64,000 bases of DNA, taken from assembly GCA_902573905.1 (NCBI GenBank), contig CACGLL010000002.1, positions 17,636-81,635 on the forward strand. The letters run 5' to 3'. Numbering within the stretch: the stretch's first letter is position 1; each line of letters starts with the position of its first letter. This stretch comes from an uncultured Pelagibacteraceae bacterium (lineage in GTDB: Bacteria; Pseudomonadota; Alphaproteobacteria; Pelagibacterales; Pelagibacteraceae). Positions 41,381 through 51,453 of the stretch are shown here, piece by piece. Made by a program: the position numbers and the translations under genes. A model generated the notes under the pieces. The model was not told where the DNA came from. It ran no database searches and saw only the letters and a list, made by a program, of their open reading frames with translations.

Positions 41381-41956
41381 ATGAAAAAAATATTAGTTGG
41401 AACTCATAATAATGGAAAATTTAAGGAAATTGCTTATTTATTGCCAAAAAAATACAAGAAAATTTCTCCCTTAGAGCTTAAAATTAAAAGTCCAAAAGAA
41501 ACAGGAAATTCATTCAAGTCTAACGCAAAGCTTAAAGTAAAATTTTTTTCTAAGTTTGTCGATTATGCTGTTATTTCAGATGACTCTGGACTTTGTATAA
41601 AAGCTTTAAATAACCGTCCAGGCATCTTTTCAGCTAGATTAGCAAAAAAACAAGGAAGTTTTTTAAAAGCAATGAAATTTATTTTAAGAAATTTAAAAAA
41701 TAAAAAAAATAGAAATGCTACATTCGTATGTAGTTTATCTTACAAAAATGAAAAAGGAAAAATAACAACGGTACAAGGAAATTTAGAAGGAACTATCTCA
41801 ACTAAAATTAAAGGCAAAAAGGGATTTGGATATGATCCAATTTTTATTCCTAAAGGCAAAGTGTTAACATTTGGACAAATGTCTAAAATAAAAAAGATGC
41901 AAATGGATCACAGGTTTTTAGCATATAAAGCGCTTTTAAAAAAAACTAAAATTTAA
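41381..41956 (+). CDS. rdgB: dITP/XTP pyrophosphatase (HAM1)
   Basis: THNNGKFKE, ETGNSF, SDDSGL, PGIFSAR, GFGYDPIF, HR; ATG 41381 preferred. Confidence 0.95.
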   Translation: MKKILVGTHNNGKFKEIAYLLPKKYKKISPLELKIKSPKETGNSFKSNAKLKVKFFSKFVDYAVISDDSGLCIKALNNRPGIFSARLAKKQGSFLKAMKFILRNLKNKKNRNATFVCSLSYKNEKGKITTVQGNLEGTISTKIKGKKGFGYDPIFIPKGKVLTFGQMSKIKKMQMDHRFLAYKALLKKTKI

Positions 41957-43094
41957 TAAATTTTTTGTTTTCAGTTTTGTAAATATTTAATTCTTGTATC
42001 ACTTTTTGATTTTTAAAACTGAATGTACCTATTTTTCCTTTAATTTTGTTTTTAAAAGAAAAATCATTTATAGATTTAATCGTGCCATTTTTTTTCCAAG
42101 TATAATAGATTAAACCCAATGCATCGTAAGTTAAAATAGTAATTTCATTTGGATAGGTGTTAAACTTTTTAAAATATCTTTTATTATAGTTATTAAATTC
42201 TTTAAAATTTACAGATGGATAATATAGATCTTTAATAGTATTTTCGTAGAAGATACTTTCGTCAAACCATTGATTGACAGTTGTAAATAGAACATTTTTT
42301 TGATTAACATCTGTATATACAAGGGAGGTTAAAACACTTTTAAGATTATTCCCAAAATCAATAATTATAACTGAGTCGAAAGTTACATCGCCTAAAGTGT
42401 AAAGTTGTTCTAGACGCTCCAATTCTTTGATTGACTCTTCGTCTTCTTTGTCTTCAAACATTTTTTTTCTCAGCTCTAAATTTCTTTTTCTTTGATTGTA
42501 GTTAGTTAATGTTTCAATTTGACCAGTTAGCACTTCAGGGTTAGGGCTATATGTAAAAGTCTTAATATTTGTAAGATTGAAATTTTTTAATTCTTTTTCA
42601 ATTAGATCTAAAAATTGGTTTTCAGGATACATTATAACTGTTTTAGTTTTTTTCTGCTTTTTAATAAAATTTAGAAGGGACAATAATTGAGATTCTAAGC
42701 TAATACCTATACTGATTATATTATTAGAAAATCTTGAATTAATATTTGACGGTGAAATAAATACTAAGTCATCATGTTTTTCTGCTATCTCAAATTCTTC
42801 GTTAGTAATTGGACCAATTACAATTTTTACATTATTAGATTTAATTTCGTTAATTGCTTTATTAAGTTTCTCCTTCTCATTAAAACCGGAGTCTCTTGGT
42901 ACTATTATTACATTTTCATCACCTATTTCTTCAAGAGCAAGCTGTAGTGAATACAATAAAGAATTACCAAGCTCACTATATGTGCCGGTTAATGGAGCCA
43001 ACAATCCTATTCTAATAGATTTATTGTTTTCGTCAGCGAATAAGCTAGAATTTAAGAGTAAAATAAAAAATATAGTCAAAAACTTTTTTTTCAT
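41946..43094 (-). CDS. LppC/LpoA-like periplasmic binding-fold protein (penicillin-binding protein activator-like)
   Basis: Signal peptide, IGLLAPLTG, VIGPI, YDALGL, GKIGTFSF; divergent from rsmI as in the yraL/yraM arrangement; ATG 43094 preferred. Confidence 0.75.
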   Translation of the reverse strand: MKKKFLTIFFILLLNSSLFADENNKSIRIGLLAPLTGTYSELGNSLLYSLQLALEEIGDENVIIVPRDSGFNEKEKLNKAINEIKSNNVKIVIGPITNEEFEIAEKHDDLVFISPSNINSRFSNNIISIGISLESQLLSLLNFIKKQKKTKTVIMYPENQFLDLIEKELKNFNLTNIKTFTYSPNPEVLTGQIETLTNYNQRKRNLELRKKMFEDKEDEESIKELERLEQLYTLGDVTFDSVIIIDFGNNLKSVLTSLVYTDVNQKNVLFTTVNQWFDESIFYENTIKDLYYPSVNFKEFNNYNKRYFKKFNTYPNEITILTYDALGLIYYTWKKNGTIKSINDFSFKNKIKGKIGTFSFKNQKVIQELNIYKTENKKFIKF

Positions 43095-43095
43095 T

Positions 43096-43935
43096 ATGAA
43101 GGTTATTTCTAAAAACTTATATATTGTCTCAACTCCAATTGGTAATCTTGAAGATATCACATTAAGAGCTTTGGATGTTTTAAAAAAATCGGACATAATT
43201 CTTTGCGAAGATACAAGACATTCTATTAAATTATTAAACCATTATAAAATCAAAAAAAAATTAGTTTCATATCATAAATTTAATGAAAAAAAACAAATCG
43301 GTCCTATAATTAAATATTTTAATGAGGGCAAAATTTTGTCCCTTATTTCAGATGCCGGAACTCCTCTACTTTCAGATCCTGGAAGGATATTAGTTAATGA
43401 ATGTTTAGCAAATAATATAAAAGTTACACCAGTCCCCGGCGTTTCATCCATTACAGCTGCAATGAGTATTTCGGGTTTTAAAGATCAGTTTTTATTTTAT
43501 GGTTTTTTGCCTAAAACAATTCATGAATTAGAAAAAGTTTTAAATTCACTTTCAAATAATCAATTTACTCAAGTTTTTTTTATTCCTTCAAAAAAAATAG
43601 ATTTTTATCTTGATAGTTTTAAAAAATTCTTTTCTGGACGAAAAATACTTATTGCTAAAGAAATTACAAAAATTCACGAGGAATTTTTTAGAGAAGATAT
43701 TAATAAACTTAAGACTACTAACCATTCATTTAAAGGTGAACTGACTGTTATAATCTCAAATGAAAATATTAATACAAAAGAAATCAGCGAAGAAATAATT
43801 GTGAATAAAGCAAAAAAATATTTAAAAAATTACAGTCTTAAGGATACTGTTAATTTAATTTTAGAAACAGAAAAAGTAAAAAGAAAAAAAGTTTATGATA
43901 TTTGCTTAAAATTAAATAATGAAAAAAATAATTAG
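43096..43935 (+). CDS. rsmI: 16S rRNA C1402 2'-O-methyltransferase
   Basis: LYIVSTPIGNLEDITLRA, CEDTR, SDAGTPLLSDPG, KEITKIHEE, KGE; ATG 43096. Confidence 0.97.
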   Translation: MKVISKNLYIVSTPIGNLEDITLRALDVLKKSDIILCEDTRHSIKLLNHYKIKKKLVSYHKFNEKKQIGPIIKYFNEGKILSLISDAGTPLLSDPGRILVNECLANNIKVTPVPGVSSITAAMSISGFKDQFLFYGFLPKTIHELEKVLNSLSNNQFTQVFFIPSKKIDFYLDSFKKFFSGRKILIAKEITKIHEEFFREDINKLKTTNHSFKGELTVIISNENINTKEISEEIIVNKAKKYLKNYSLKDTVNLILETEKVKRKKVYDICLKLNNEKNN

Positions 43936-44497
43936 TTTAACCTTATTATTTGGCCTTTTTGGCTGTTCACCATCTACACAATTCGGTGCAGGAGTTAATA
44001 TAACATTTGACCCCAGAACAATTGGAATGCAAATTGATGATACTATTATGCAAAAAAATCTTTCTGCAAGATTAGCGTTAGCAGATAAAAAATATTTCTT
44101 ATCTATACAGACCGAAGTTCTAGATGGCCAAATATTTCTTTCAGGAAAAGTTGATGGACCTGAAGAGAAAATAAAGATCACAAAAATGGCATGGGAAACA
44201 AAAGGAGTAAGATCTGTAAAAAATGCTATTAAAATTAAAGGTCAAACTAACTTTAAAGGCACTGCAAAAGATATTTTGATTACAAGTCAACTAAGGACAG
44301 CATTAATTTTAAACAAAAATACTAAAGCAAGAAATTATACTTTAGAGACTGTAAATAAAAATATTTATATTTTTGGCATAGCTATGAATGAAGAAGAAAA
44401 AAAAGAAGTTATTAATGAAGCAAATAAAATTTATGATGTAGAAGAAGTTATTCCCTCAATATATCTTGCAACTGAATTAAGCAGAACTAAATTTTAA
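43919..44497 (+). CDS. Dual BON-domain lipoprotein (DolP/YraP-like)
   Basis: Lipobox LFGC, DPRTIGMQIDD, two BON-like repeats; follows rsmI. Confidence 0.88.
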   Translation: MKKIISLTLLFGLFGCSPSTQFGAGVNITFDPRTIGMQIDDTIMQKNLSARLALADKKYFLSIQTEVLDGQIFLSGKVDGPEEKIKITKMAWETKGVRSVKNAIKIKGQTNFKGTAKDILITSQLRTALILNKNTKARNYTLETVNKNIYIFGIAMNEEEKKEVINEANKIYDVEEVIPSIYLATELSRTKF

Positions 44498-44499
44498 TT

Positions 44500-46776
44500 C
44501 TAATAATCAATAACGTCAGAAGAATAGGCAGCAATAGATGCTAAATTCAAAATTTCAGATGTTGAAGCTCTCAAAGGAGCAACTTCAATAGGTTGGCCTA
44601 AACCAATCAACAACGGGCCAATATTTTTACCACCACCAAAAACCTTCATAAGCTTAGTTGAGATGGCAGCGCTGTGCAAGGCTGGCATGATTAATACATT
44701 TGCATTACCAACTATTTTAGAGAATGGATAAATTTCTTGATAGATTGGATTTAAAGCAACATCTGGCTGCATTTCACCATCAAAATCAAAATCAACTTTT
44801 TCTTTTTTTAATTTTTCTATCGCATCTCTAACGTGTCTGGTATTTCTAGAAAGAGGTTTGCCAAAAGTGGAGTGGGATAAGAAGGCCACTTTAGGTTCAA
44901 AACCAAATAAACGCGCTATACGAACACATGATTTAGAAATATTTATAAGTCTTTCTGCAGAAGGTAATTCAGTTACGTTTGTGTCTGCTACCAGGATAGT
45001 TTTTCCTTTAGAAACAATCATTGTCATTCCAAAAATTTCCTCACCTGGTCTTGCATCTACAACTTTTTTTAATTTTTCAATTGAGGCAGCGTAATGTCTT
45101 ATATTTCCAGTGACCATTGCATCAGCATCTTTGCAGGCAATCATCGAAGATCCCCAAGCAATTCTATCATTTCTTACTAGACGATCTACATCTCTCTCCA
45201 GCTGACCTTCTCTTTGAAGTTTTTTATAAAGATGTTTAACGTATCTCTCCCTCTTTTCTTTGTCGGTAGAATTAACTATCTCGATTTTATAATTTTCATC
45301 TAATCCAATTTTTTTTAGTTGTTCTTTAACTCTATTTTCAGCACCAATGAGTATTGGTATTCCAAGCTTATTTCTTTCAAATTCAATAGCAGCCTTTAGC
45401 ATATTTTCATCTTCTCCCTCTGCAAAAATAACTCTTTTTGGATTTTTTCTAATTTTTGCATTAATACCTTGCATAATTGACATTGAAGGATCTAACCGAT
45501 TGGCTAGCTGGTCTTTATAAAGCTGAAGATCATCAATTTTTCTTCTTGCTGCTCCACTCTTCATTGCGGCTTCAGCAATAGCAGCAGGAATTACACTTAT
45601 CAATCTTGGATCAAAAGTTGAAGGAATTATATAATCTTTTCCATATCTTGGTCTATCACCACCATATGCTGCCACCACTTCGTCTGGTACATTTTCTCTT
45701 GCTAATAAGGCGATAGCATTTGCTGCAGCAACTTTCATTTCTTCGTTAATTGCTTTTGCTCTAACATCTAATGCACCTCTGAAAATATAGGGAAAACCAA
45801 TGAGGTTATTTACTTGATTTGGATAATCAGATCGTCCTGTTGCTACGATTGCATCATCTCTAACTTCTTCAATTAATTCTGGTTTTATTTCTGGATCTGG
45901 ATTCGCGCATGCAAAAATAATTGGATTTTTTGCCATTGATTTTACCATGTCTTTGGAAACAACATCTTTTGCAGACAAACCTAGAAAAACATCTGCATTT
46001 TTCATAGCTTCTCTTAAAGTTCTAAACTCTGTCTCAACAGCATGTGCTGATTTAAATTGGTCAACATTTTTTCTTCCTTTGAAAATCACACCTTTACTGT
46101 CACACATGATAATATTTTCACTTTTTACACCAGAGCTTTTAAACAGATTTGCACAAGCTTGAGCAGATGCTCCAGCACCGTTAACAACTACTTTTACTTC
46201 TGAAATCTTTTTTTTCGAAATATTCAATGCATTTATTAGAGCTGCTGTAGTTATGATTGCAGTTCCATGTTGATCATCATGAAAAACAGGAATATCTAAA
46301 GCTTCTTTCAATTTTTGTTCGATAATAAAACAATCTGGTGCAGCTATATCTTCAAGATTGATTCCGCCAAATGTTCCGCTAATATTTTTTATTGTTTCTA
46401 TAATTGAGTTTGCATCTTTATTATCAATTTCAATATCAATCGAGTCAATGTCTGCAAAACGTTTAAACAAAACTGACTTTCCTTCCATTACAGGCTTAGA
46501 TGCAAGGGAACCTAAGTTTCCTAATCCTAAAATTGCACTTCCATTACTGATAACAGCTACAAGATTTCCTTTGCTTGTGTAGTCATAAGCAAGATCAGGA
46601 TTTTTTGCAATTTCTTTGACCGGAGCAGCAACTCCAGGCGAATAAGCTAATGATAAATCTCTTTTAGTTGTTAATGGTTTAGATGATCCAATCTCAATTT
46701 TGCCTGACTTTCCCTTTATATGAAAATCAAGAGCTTCTTTATCTGAATAATGATCAATTTCTGTTTTTTTTGGCAT
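44500..46776 (-). CDS. maeB: NADP-dependent malic enzyme with PTA-like domain
   Basis: DLSLAYSPGVA, KPVMEGK, NLEDI, HDDQHGTA, ANPDPEI, GRSDYPNQVNN, DGEMQPD. Confidence 0.97.
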   Translation of the reverse strand: MPKKTEIDHYSDKEALDFHIKGKSGKIEIGSSKPLTTKRDLSLAYSPGVAAPVKEIAKNPDLAYDYTSKGNLVAVISNGSAILGLGNLGSLASKPVMEGKSVLFKRFADIDSIDIEIDNKDANSIIETIKNISGTFGGINLEDIAAPDCFIIEQKLKEALDIPVFHDDQHGTAIITTAALINALNISKKKISEVKVVVNGAGASAQACANLFKSSGVKSENIIMCDSKGVIFKGRKNVDQFKSAHAVETEFRTLREAMKNADVFLGLSAKDVVSKDMVKSMAKNPIIFACANPDPEIKPELIEEVRDDAIVATGRSDYPNQVNNLIGFPYIFRGALDVRAKAINEEMKVAAANAIALLARENVPDEVVAAYGGDRPRYGKDYIIPSTFDPRLISVIPAAIAEAAMKSGAARRKIDDLQLYKDQLANRLDPSMSIMQGINAKIRKNPKRVIFAEGEDENMLKAAIEFERNKLGIPILIGAENRVKEQLKKIGLDENYKIEIVNSTDKEKRERYVKHLYKKLQREGQLERDVDRLVRNDRIAWGSSMIACKDADAMVTGNIRHYAASIEKLKKVVDARPGEEIFGMTMIVSKGKTILVADTNVTELPSAERLINISKSCVRIARLFGFEPKVAFLSHSTFGKPLSRNTRHVRDAIEKLKKEKVDFDFDGEMQPDVALNPIYQEIYPFSKIVGNANVLIMPALHSAAISTKLMKVFGGGKNIGPLLIGLGQPIEVAPLRASTSEILNLASIAAYSSDVIDY

Positions 46777-46846
46777 TTGAAATAATGAGTATGTAATATA
46801 AAAAATGATAATTCACTAAAAATTTATGGCTTAATTTAGATAATTT

Positions 46847-48373
46847 ATGAACTTATTTTCTTCAGCGACATTATTTAGTTTTTTTACCCTTATCAGCAGG
46901 ATCCTAGGATATTTAAGAGACATTTTGATAGCAATTTTTTTAGGAACTTCTATTTATGCTGACGCATTTTTTGTAGCATTTAGACTACCCAATACTTTCA
47001 GAAGATTGTTCGCAGAGGGCACGTTTAACGCAGCATTTATACCAAGCTATACATCGGCAAAATTATTAAACAAAAAAAACGGAAAAAAATTTGCAGACGA
47101 TATATTTAGCCTTTTAATATTAATTTTATTATTTTTAATAACATTAGTAGAAATTTTCACTCCCTACTTAGTCTATATAATTGCACCAGGGTTTGTTGAT
47201 AGTGAATTAAAGTTTGAAATAGCAGTAGAGCTAACAAGAATTACATTTCCATTTTTACTTTTTGTAAGCTTATCATCTTTTTTTTCTGGTATTCTAAACA
47301 CCAACAATAAGTTTGCAGCTGCTGCTGCTGCACCTATAATTTTGAATATAGTTTTAATTAGCAGCCTTATCATTTCATTTTACTATAATTTAGATTATGC
47401 AAAACAACTATCGTATGGAGTAACTTTTGCAGGGATATTACAATTAATCTTTTTGAGCTATGTTTCATTAAAATATTATAAACCTAATTTTTCATTAAAT
47501 TTTAAAATAACAAAAAAGGTTAAATTTTTTTTTAAAAAACTATTACCAAGTATTTTGTCATCAGGTGTAACACAAATTAATATTTTGATTGGAACAATTA
47601 TTGCCTCTTTTCAGGCTGGAGCTGTATCTTATTTATATTATGCAGATCGAGTTTATCAAATAAATTTAGCAATTGCTGGTATAGCTGTTGGAACAGTTTC
47701 ATTACCAGTACTATCAAAAGCTTTTAAGTCTAAAAATATTAATAAAGTTTCAAAGATTCAAAATAATTCATTTGAACTTTCATTATTATTTTCAATACCT
47801 GCGAGTTTCGGTTTAGTTATAGCTTCGGAGGAGATAATAAGCGGTCTATTCGGATATGGTTCATTTTCTAAGGAGGATACACTGATGACAGCAGCTGCAC
47901 TAAAATATTTTGGATATGGTGTACCAGCATTTGCGCTAATTAAAGTTTTGTCTAATTTCTTTTTTGCAAGAGATAATACAAAAATACCTTTTTATATTTC
48001 TTTATTTATTGTTGTAATAAATATTCTGATAAGTGTATCTCTTTTTTCAAGGGTAGGTTTTTTAATAATTCCTATCGCAACTAGTGTGTCCACATGGCTA
48101 GGTGTTTTTGCTTATCTATACTTACTAGAGCAAAAAAGTTACTTACTTATGAAAATAGAGCTAATAAAAAACTCATGTAAAATAATGATTTCAACCTTGG
48201 TAATGTCATTTATCCTTATTTTTACTTTAGAAGCTTTCTCTAATAGCTTGAGCTATATGAATAACTATAAGGCAGTTTATTTAATATCAATAATAAGTTT
48301 TGTTGGTTTTATTTATTTGCTATCTTGTTACTGTTTGGGAATTTTAAATTTAAAAAAATATAAAACTAATTAA
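46847..48373 (+). CDS. murJ: Lipid II flippase MurJ
   Basis: [36 protein letters not shown]; multi-TM. Confidence 0.97.
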   Translation: MNLFSSATLFSFFTLISRILGYLRDILIAIFLGTSIYADAFFVAFRLPNTFRRLFAEGTFNAAFIPSYTSAKLLNKKNGKKFADDIFSLLILILLFLITLVEIFTPYLVYIIAPGFVDSELKFEIAVELTRITFPFLLFVSLSSFFSGILNTNNKFAAAAAAPIILNIVLISSLIISFYYNLDYAKQLSYGVTFAGILQLIFLSYVSLKYYKPNFSLNFKITKKVKFFFKKLLPSILSSGVTQINILIGTIIASFQAGAVSYLYYADRVYQINLAIAGIAVGTVSLPVLSKAFKSKNINKVSKIQNNSFELSLLFSIPASFGLVIASEEIISGLFGYGSFSKEDTLMTAAALKYFGYGVPAFALIKVLSNFFFARDNTKIPFYISLFIVVINILISVSLFSRVGFLIIPIATSVSTWLGVFAYLYLLEQKSYLLMKIELIKNSCKIMISTLVMSFILIFTLEAFSNSLSYMNNYKAVYLISIISFVGFIYLLSCYCLGILNLKKYKTN

Positions 48374-49377
48374 TGAGTAAAAAAAAATTAGCATTTTCAG
48401 GTGTTCAGCCAACTGGAAATTTACATTTAGGTAATTATCTTGGTGCACTTAAAAATTTTGTATCATTACAGAATGAAATGGATTGTATTTATTGTGTAGT
48501 GGATCTTCATGCTATTACTGTTTTTCAAAAACCAAATGAACTTCATGATAATGTTCTAGAAACGACAGCAAGTTTTTTAGCAACTGGTCTTAATCCTGAT
48601 AAAAGTATAATATTTAATCAATCTTCAGTATCAGGGCATGCAGAATTAGCTTGGATACTTAATTGTGTTTCAAGAATTGGATGGTTAAACAGAATGACAC
48701 AATTTAAAGATAAAGCGGGATCAGATAGAGAGAAAGCTAGTGTAGGTTTATACATTTATCCAAACTTGATGGCAGCTGATATTCTTCTTTATAAAGCAAC
48801 GCATGTTCCTGTTGGAGAAGATCAAAAACAACATTTAGAACTCTCAAGAGATATTGCTCAAAAATTTAACAATGATTTTAATTGTAAAGATTTTTTTCCA
48901 TTACCAGAGCCTTTAATTTCAAAAAGTATATCTAGAGTAATGAGTTTAAGAGATGGAACTAAAAAAATGAGCAAATCTGAAGAGTCTGATTATTCAAGAA
49001 TCAATTTAAAAGATAGTGCTGATGAAATTAACAAGAAAATTAAAAAAGCAAAATCAGACTCAGAACCTATTCCTGATGACATAAAACTTTTAGAAAAAAA
49101 ACCAGAGGCATTAAATTTATTAACTATTTACACAGAATTATCAAAAACTGATTTAAAAAAGACTATTTCTGAAATGAGTGGTAAAGAATATTCATTTTTA
49201 AAAACAAAATTAGCTGAGTTATTAATTGAAGAGATAGCTCCAGTGAGTGAAGAAATTAAAAAACTACTTAACGATAGATCACATTTGAAAAAAATTTTAA
49301 AAAAAGGTACTGAAAAAGCTAATATTATTGCTGAGGAAAACCTTAAAAATATACGTGAAAAAGTTGGCTTGATATAA
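48373..49377 (+). CDS. trpS: Tryptophanyl-tRNA synthetase
   Basis: [29 protein letters not shown]. Confidence 0.99.
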   Translation: MSKKKLAFSGVQPTGNLHLGNYLGALKNFVSLQNEMDCIYCVVDLHAITVFQKPNELHDNVLETTASFLATGLNPDKSIIFNQSSVSGHAELAWILNCVSRIGWLNRMTQFKDKAGSDREKASVGLYIYPNLMAADILLYKATHVPVGEDQKQHLELSRDIAQKFNNDFNCKDFFPLPEPLISKSISRVMSLRDGTKKMSKSEESDYSRINLKDSADEINKKIKKAKSDSEPIPDDIKLLEKKPEALNLLTIYTELSKTDLKKTISEMSGKEYSFLKTKLAELLIEEIAPVSEEIKKLLNDRSHLKKILKKGTEKANIIAEENLKNIREKVGLI

Positions 49378-49389
49378 TATAAGACTTTG

Positions 49390-49935
49390 ATGATACAAAC
49401 AGAAGCTACTCCAAATCCTGACTCACTTAAATTCTTATCTGAAAACGTAATTTCAGCCGCGGGAACGGAGGAATTTCATGAGAGTAAAAAAAATGAAATA
49501 ACAAATCCATTCATTAAAGAATTATTAAACTTTGGTGGCGTAGAATTAGTATTACTCTCAAAAAATTTTTTATCTGTAAAAAAAACTAAAGATGCATCAT
49601 GGGAAGAATTAAAACCTATGGTAATTTCACATCTAAATGACTATTTTTCGAAAAATAAGCAACCAATTTTAAAAGATAAAAATATAGATAATAATGTTAA
49701 CAACAATGATGAAACTGTTAATAAGATTTTAGAAGTTTTAGATACAAAAATAAGACCAGCTGTGGCAAGAGATGGTGGAGATATCAAATTTAAGTCGTTT
49801 GAAAATGGTGTTGTTAAAGTAGAACTCCAAGGGAGTTGCTCAGGTTGCCCAAGTTCATTGATGACACTTAAACAAGGAGTTCAAAATTTACTTAAACATT
49901 ATGTCAAAGAAGTTAACTCAGTAGAGGCTATCTAG
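49390..49935 (+). CDS. NifU/Nfu Fe-S carrier protein
   Basis: QTEATPNPDSLKF, IRPAVARDGGDI, GSCSGCPSS. Confidence 0.95.
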   Translation: MIQTEATPNPDSLKFLSENVISAAGTEEFHESKKNEITNPFIKELLNFGGVELVLLSKNFLSVKKTKDASWEELKPMVISHLNDYFSKNKQPILKDKNIDNNVNNNDETVNKILEVLDTKIRPAVARDGGDIKFKSFENGVVKVELQGSCSGCPSSLMTLKQGVQNLLKHYVKEVNSVEAI

Positions 49936-49936
49936 T

Positions 49937-51453
49937 ATGAAAAAAAAACTAAGTTATAGAGATAAACTTATCGAGCTAGCTTATATTTACGATGTAAAAG
50001 ACGTTAAAGATTATGTGAAAAGTAGAAAGAATTTAACTACTGGACAACTTGAACTTATTTTAAAAAAAAATAAAATAATTATTCCAAAAGATTACAAGTC
50101 TAATTTTTTCAAAGACACTTTTATAAAACCAATTTCAAAAGCAAAATCAAATTTGATTGAGTTTAAAGAAGATAAAATTAGAACAAAAAATAGAATTATA
50201 AGAAAAGCTGAGAATTTAAAACATGATACTAAAAGAAATATTAATAGATCACTACAAAATGCATGGACTGGTTTAGGAAAAATTGGATTAAATTTTTTAA
50301 ACATTATACCAGAATTAGGTAAAGTTGTTTACGCCTTTTTCGGAGATTTATTTACAAATTTATTCAATTCAATTTACAATCAGCAAATAGATCCAAAAAA
50401 AGCAAGAAATGTAATTATAGGATTCTTTATAATCGTTTTTGCTACATCTATAACAATAAGCGCTGTTAATTACTTTGGAGATAATGAAGCGATAAAAAAA
50501 ACAGAAGTTAAAAAAGAAATTAAAAAACCAGAAGTAAAAAACCAGAAGTTAAAAAAGAAGTTAAAAAACCAGAAGTAAAAAAGCCAGAAGTTAAAAAACC
50601 AGAAGTTAAAAAAGAAGTTAAAAAACCTGAGCTAAAAGTTAAAAGAAAAGATGTAAATGAAGTAGTTCTTCCGAACTTAAATTTAAAAACTGAAACAGTT
50701 TTAAACCTTTTTAAAGACGTTGATTACACTTTAAGTAATGTAAGAGTTCAAAAACTTGTTAAACCAATTTATTTTACACAATTTCCTAGAGACCTTGAGA
50801 CTATTCAAAGCTCAAAATTAAAAAAAGAAACATTTATACAAATTGTATTGCCCCTAGTTGTTGCGGAGAATGAAAGAATATTAGAAGATAGGGAAAAATT
50901 AAAAATTCTATCTAATAAAAAATTTACAACTGATTTAGAGAAACAATGGTTAAGACAAAAACTCTTGGAGTATAAAGTTAAAAAGGGTGACTTAAATGAA
51001 TTAATGATTAGAATGGATATAATTCCAACCTCAATAGCTTTAGCACAAGCAGCAAAAGAAAGTGGATGGGGCACTTCTAGATTTGCACTAGAGGGTAATG
51101 CTATTTATGGACAATGGACTTGGAGTGGACAAGGAATTGCCCCCTTAGACAGAGACAATAATAAAAATCATAAAATTCTTAAATTTCCAATATTAAGAGC
51201 TTCGGTAAAAGCTTATAAAAATAATCTTAATACTCATAAGGGCTATAAAGCTTTCCGGGATAAAAGAGCAAAGTTAAGAGAAAAAAATAAAAATATTAAA
51301 GGCTTAGAATTAACAGAAACATTAAAAAATTATGCTCAAACAGGTTCTGAATATACAAAAATCTTAAATCAAATTATTACTCAAAATAGATTAACTGACT
51401 TTGAGCCCGTGAAATTAGTTGGTTCTGTAAAACAAATAGAGTTAAGTTCTTAA
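49937..51453 (+). CDS. Membrane-anchored Bax-like glucosaminidase (GH73) domain protein, frameshifted near 50536-50578
   Basis: 5' ORF 49937-50578 (basic domain + TM) continues in the -1 frame, open from 50524 to 51453, with AQAAKESGWGTSRFA and NLNTH; joined length about 505 aa. Confidence 0.85.
50495..50630 (+). repeat. Coding tandem repeat of 15-nt (KKPEV) and 12-nt (KKEV) units
   Basis: About ten copies of AAAAAA(CCA)GAAGT[TA] units. Confidence 0.92.

Noticed and set aside
50495-50630. Possible CRISPR-like or non-coding repeat array
   Set aside because: Units are 12/15 nt with no unique spacers and encode KKPEV/KKEV; no cas genes
50848-51453. Independent 201-aa gene with TTG start
   Set aside because: Frame is open from 50524 and continues the upstream repeat; it is the 3' part of the frameshifted gene
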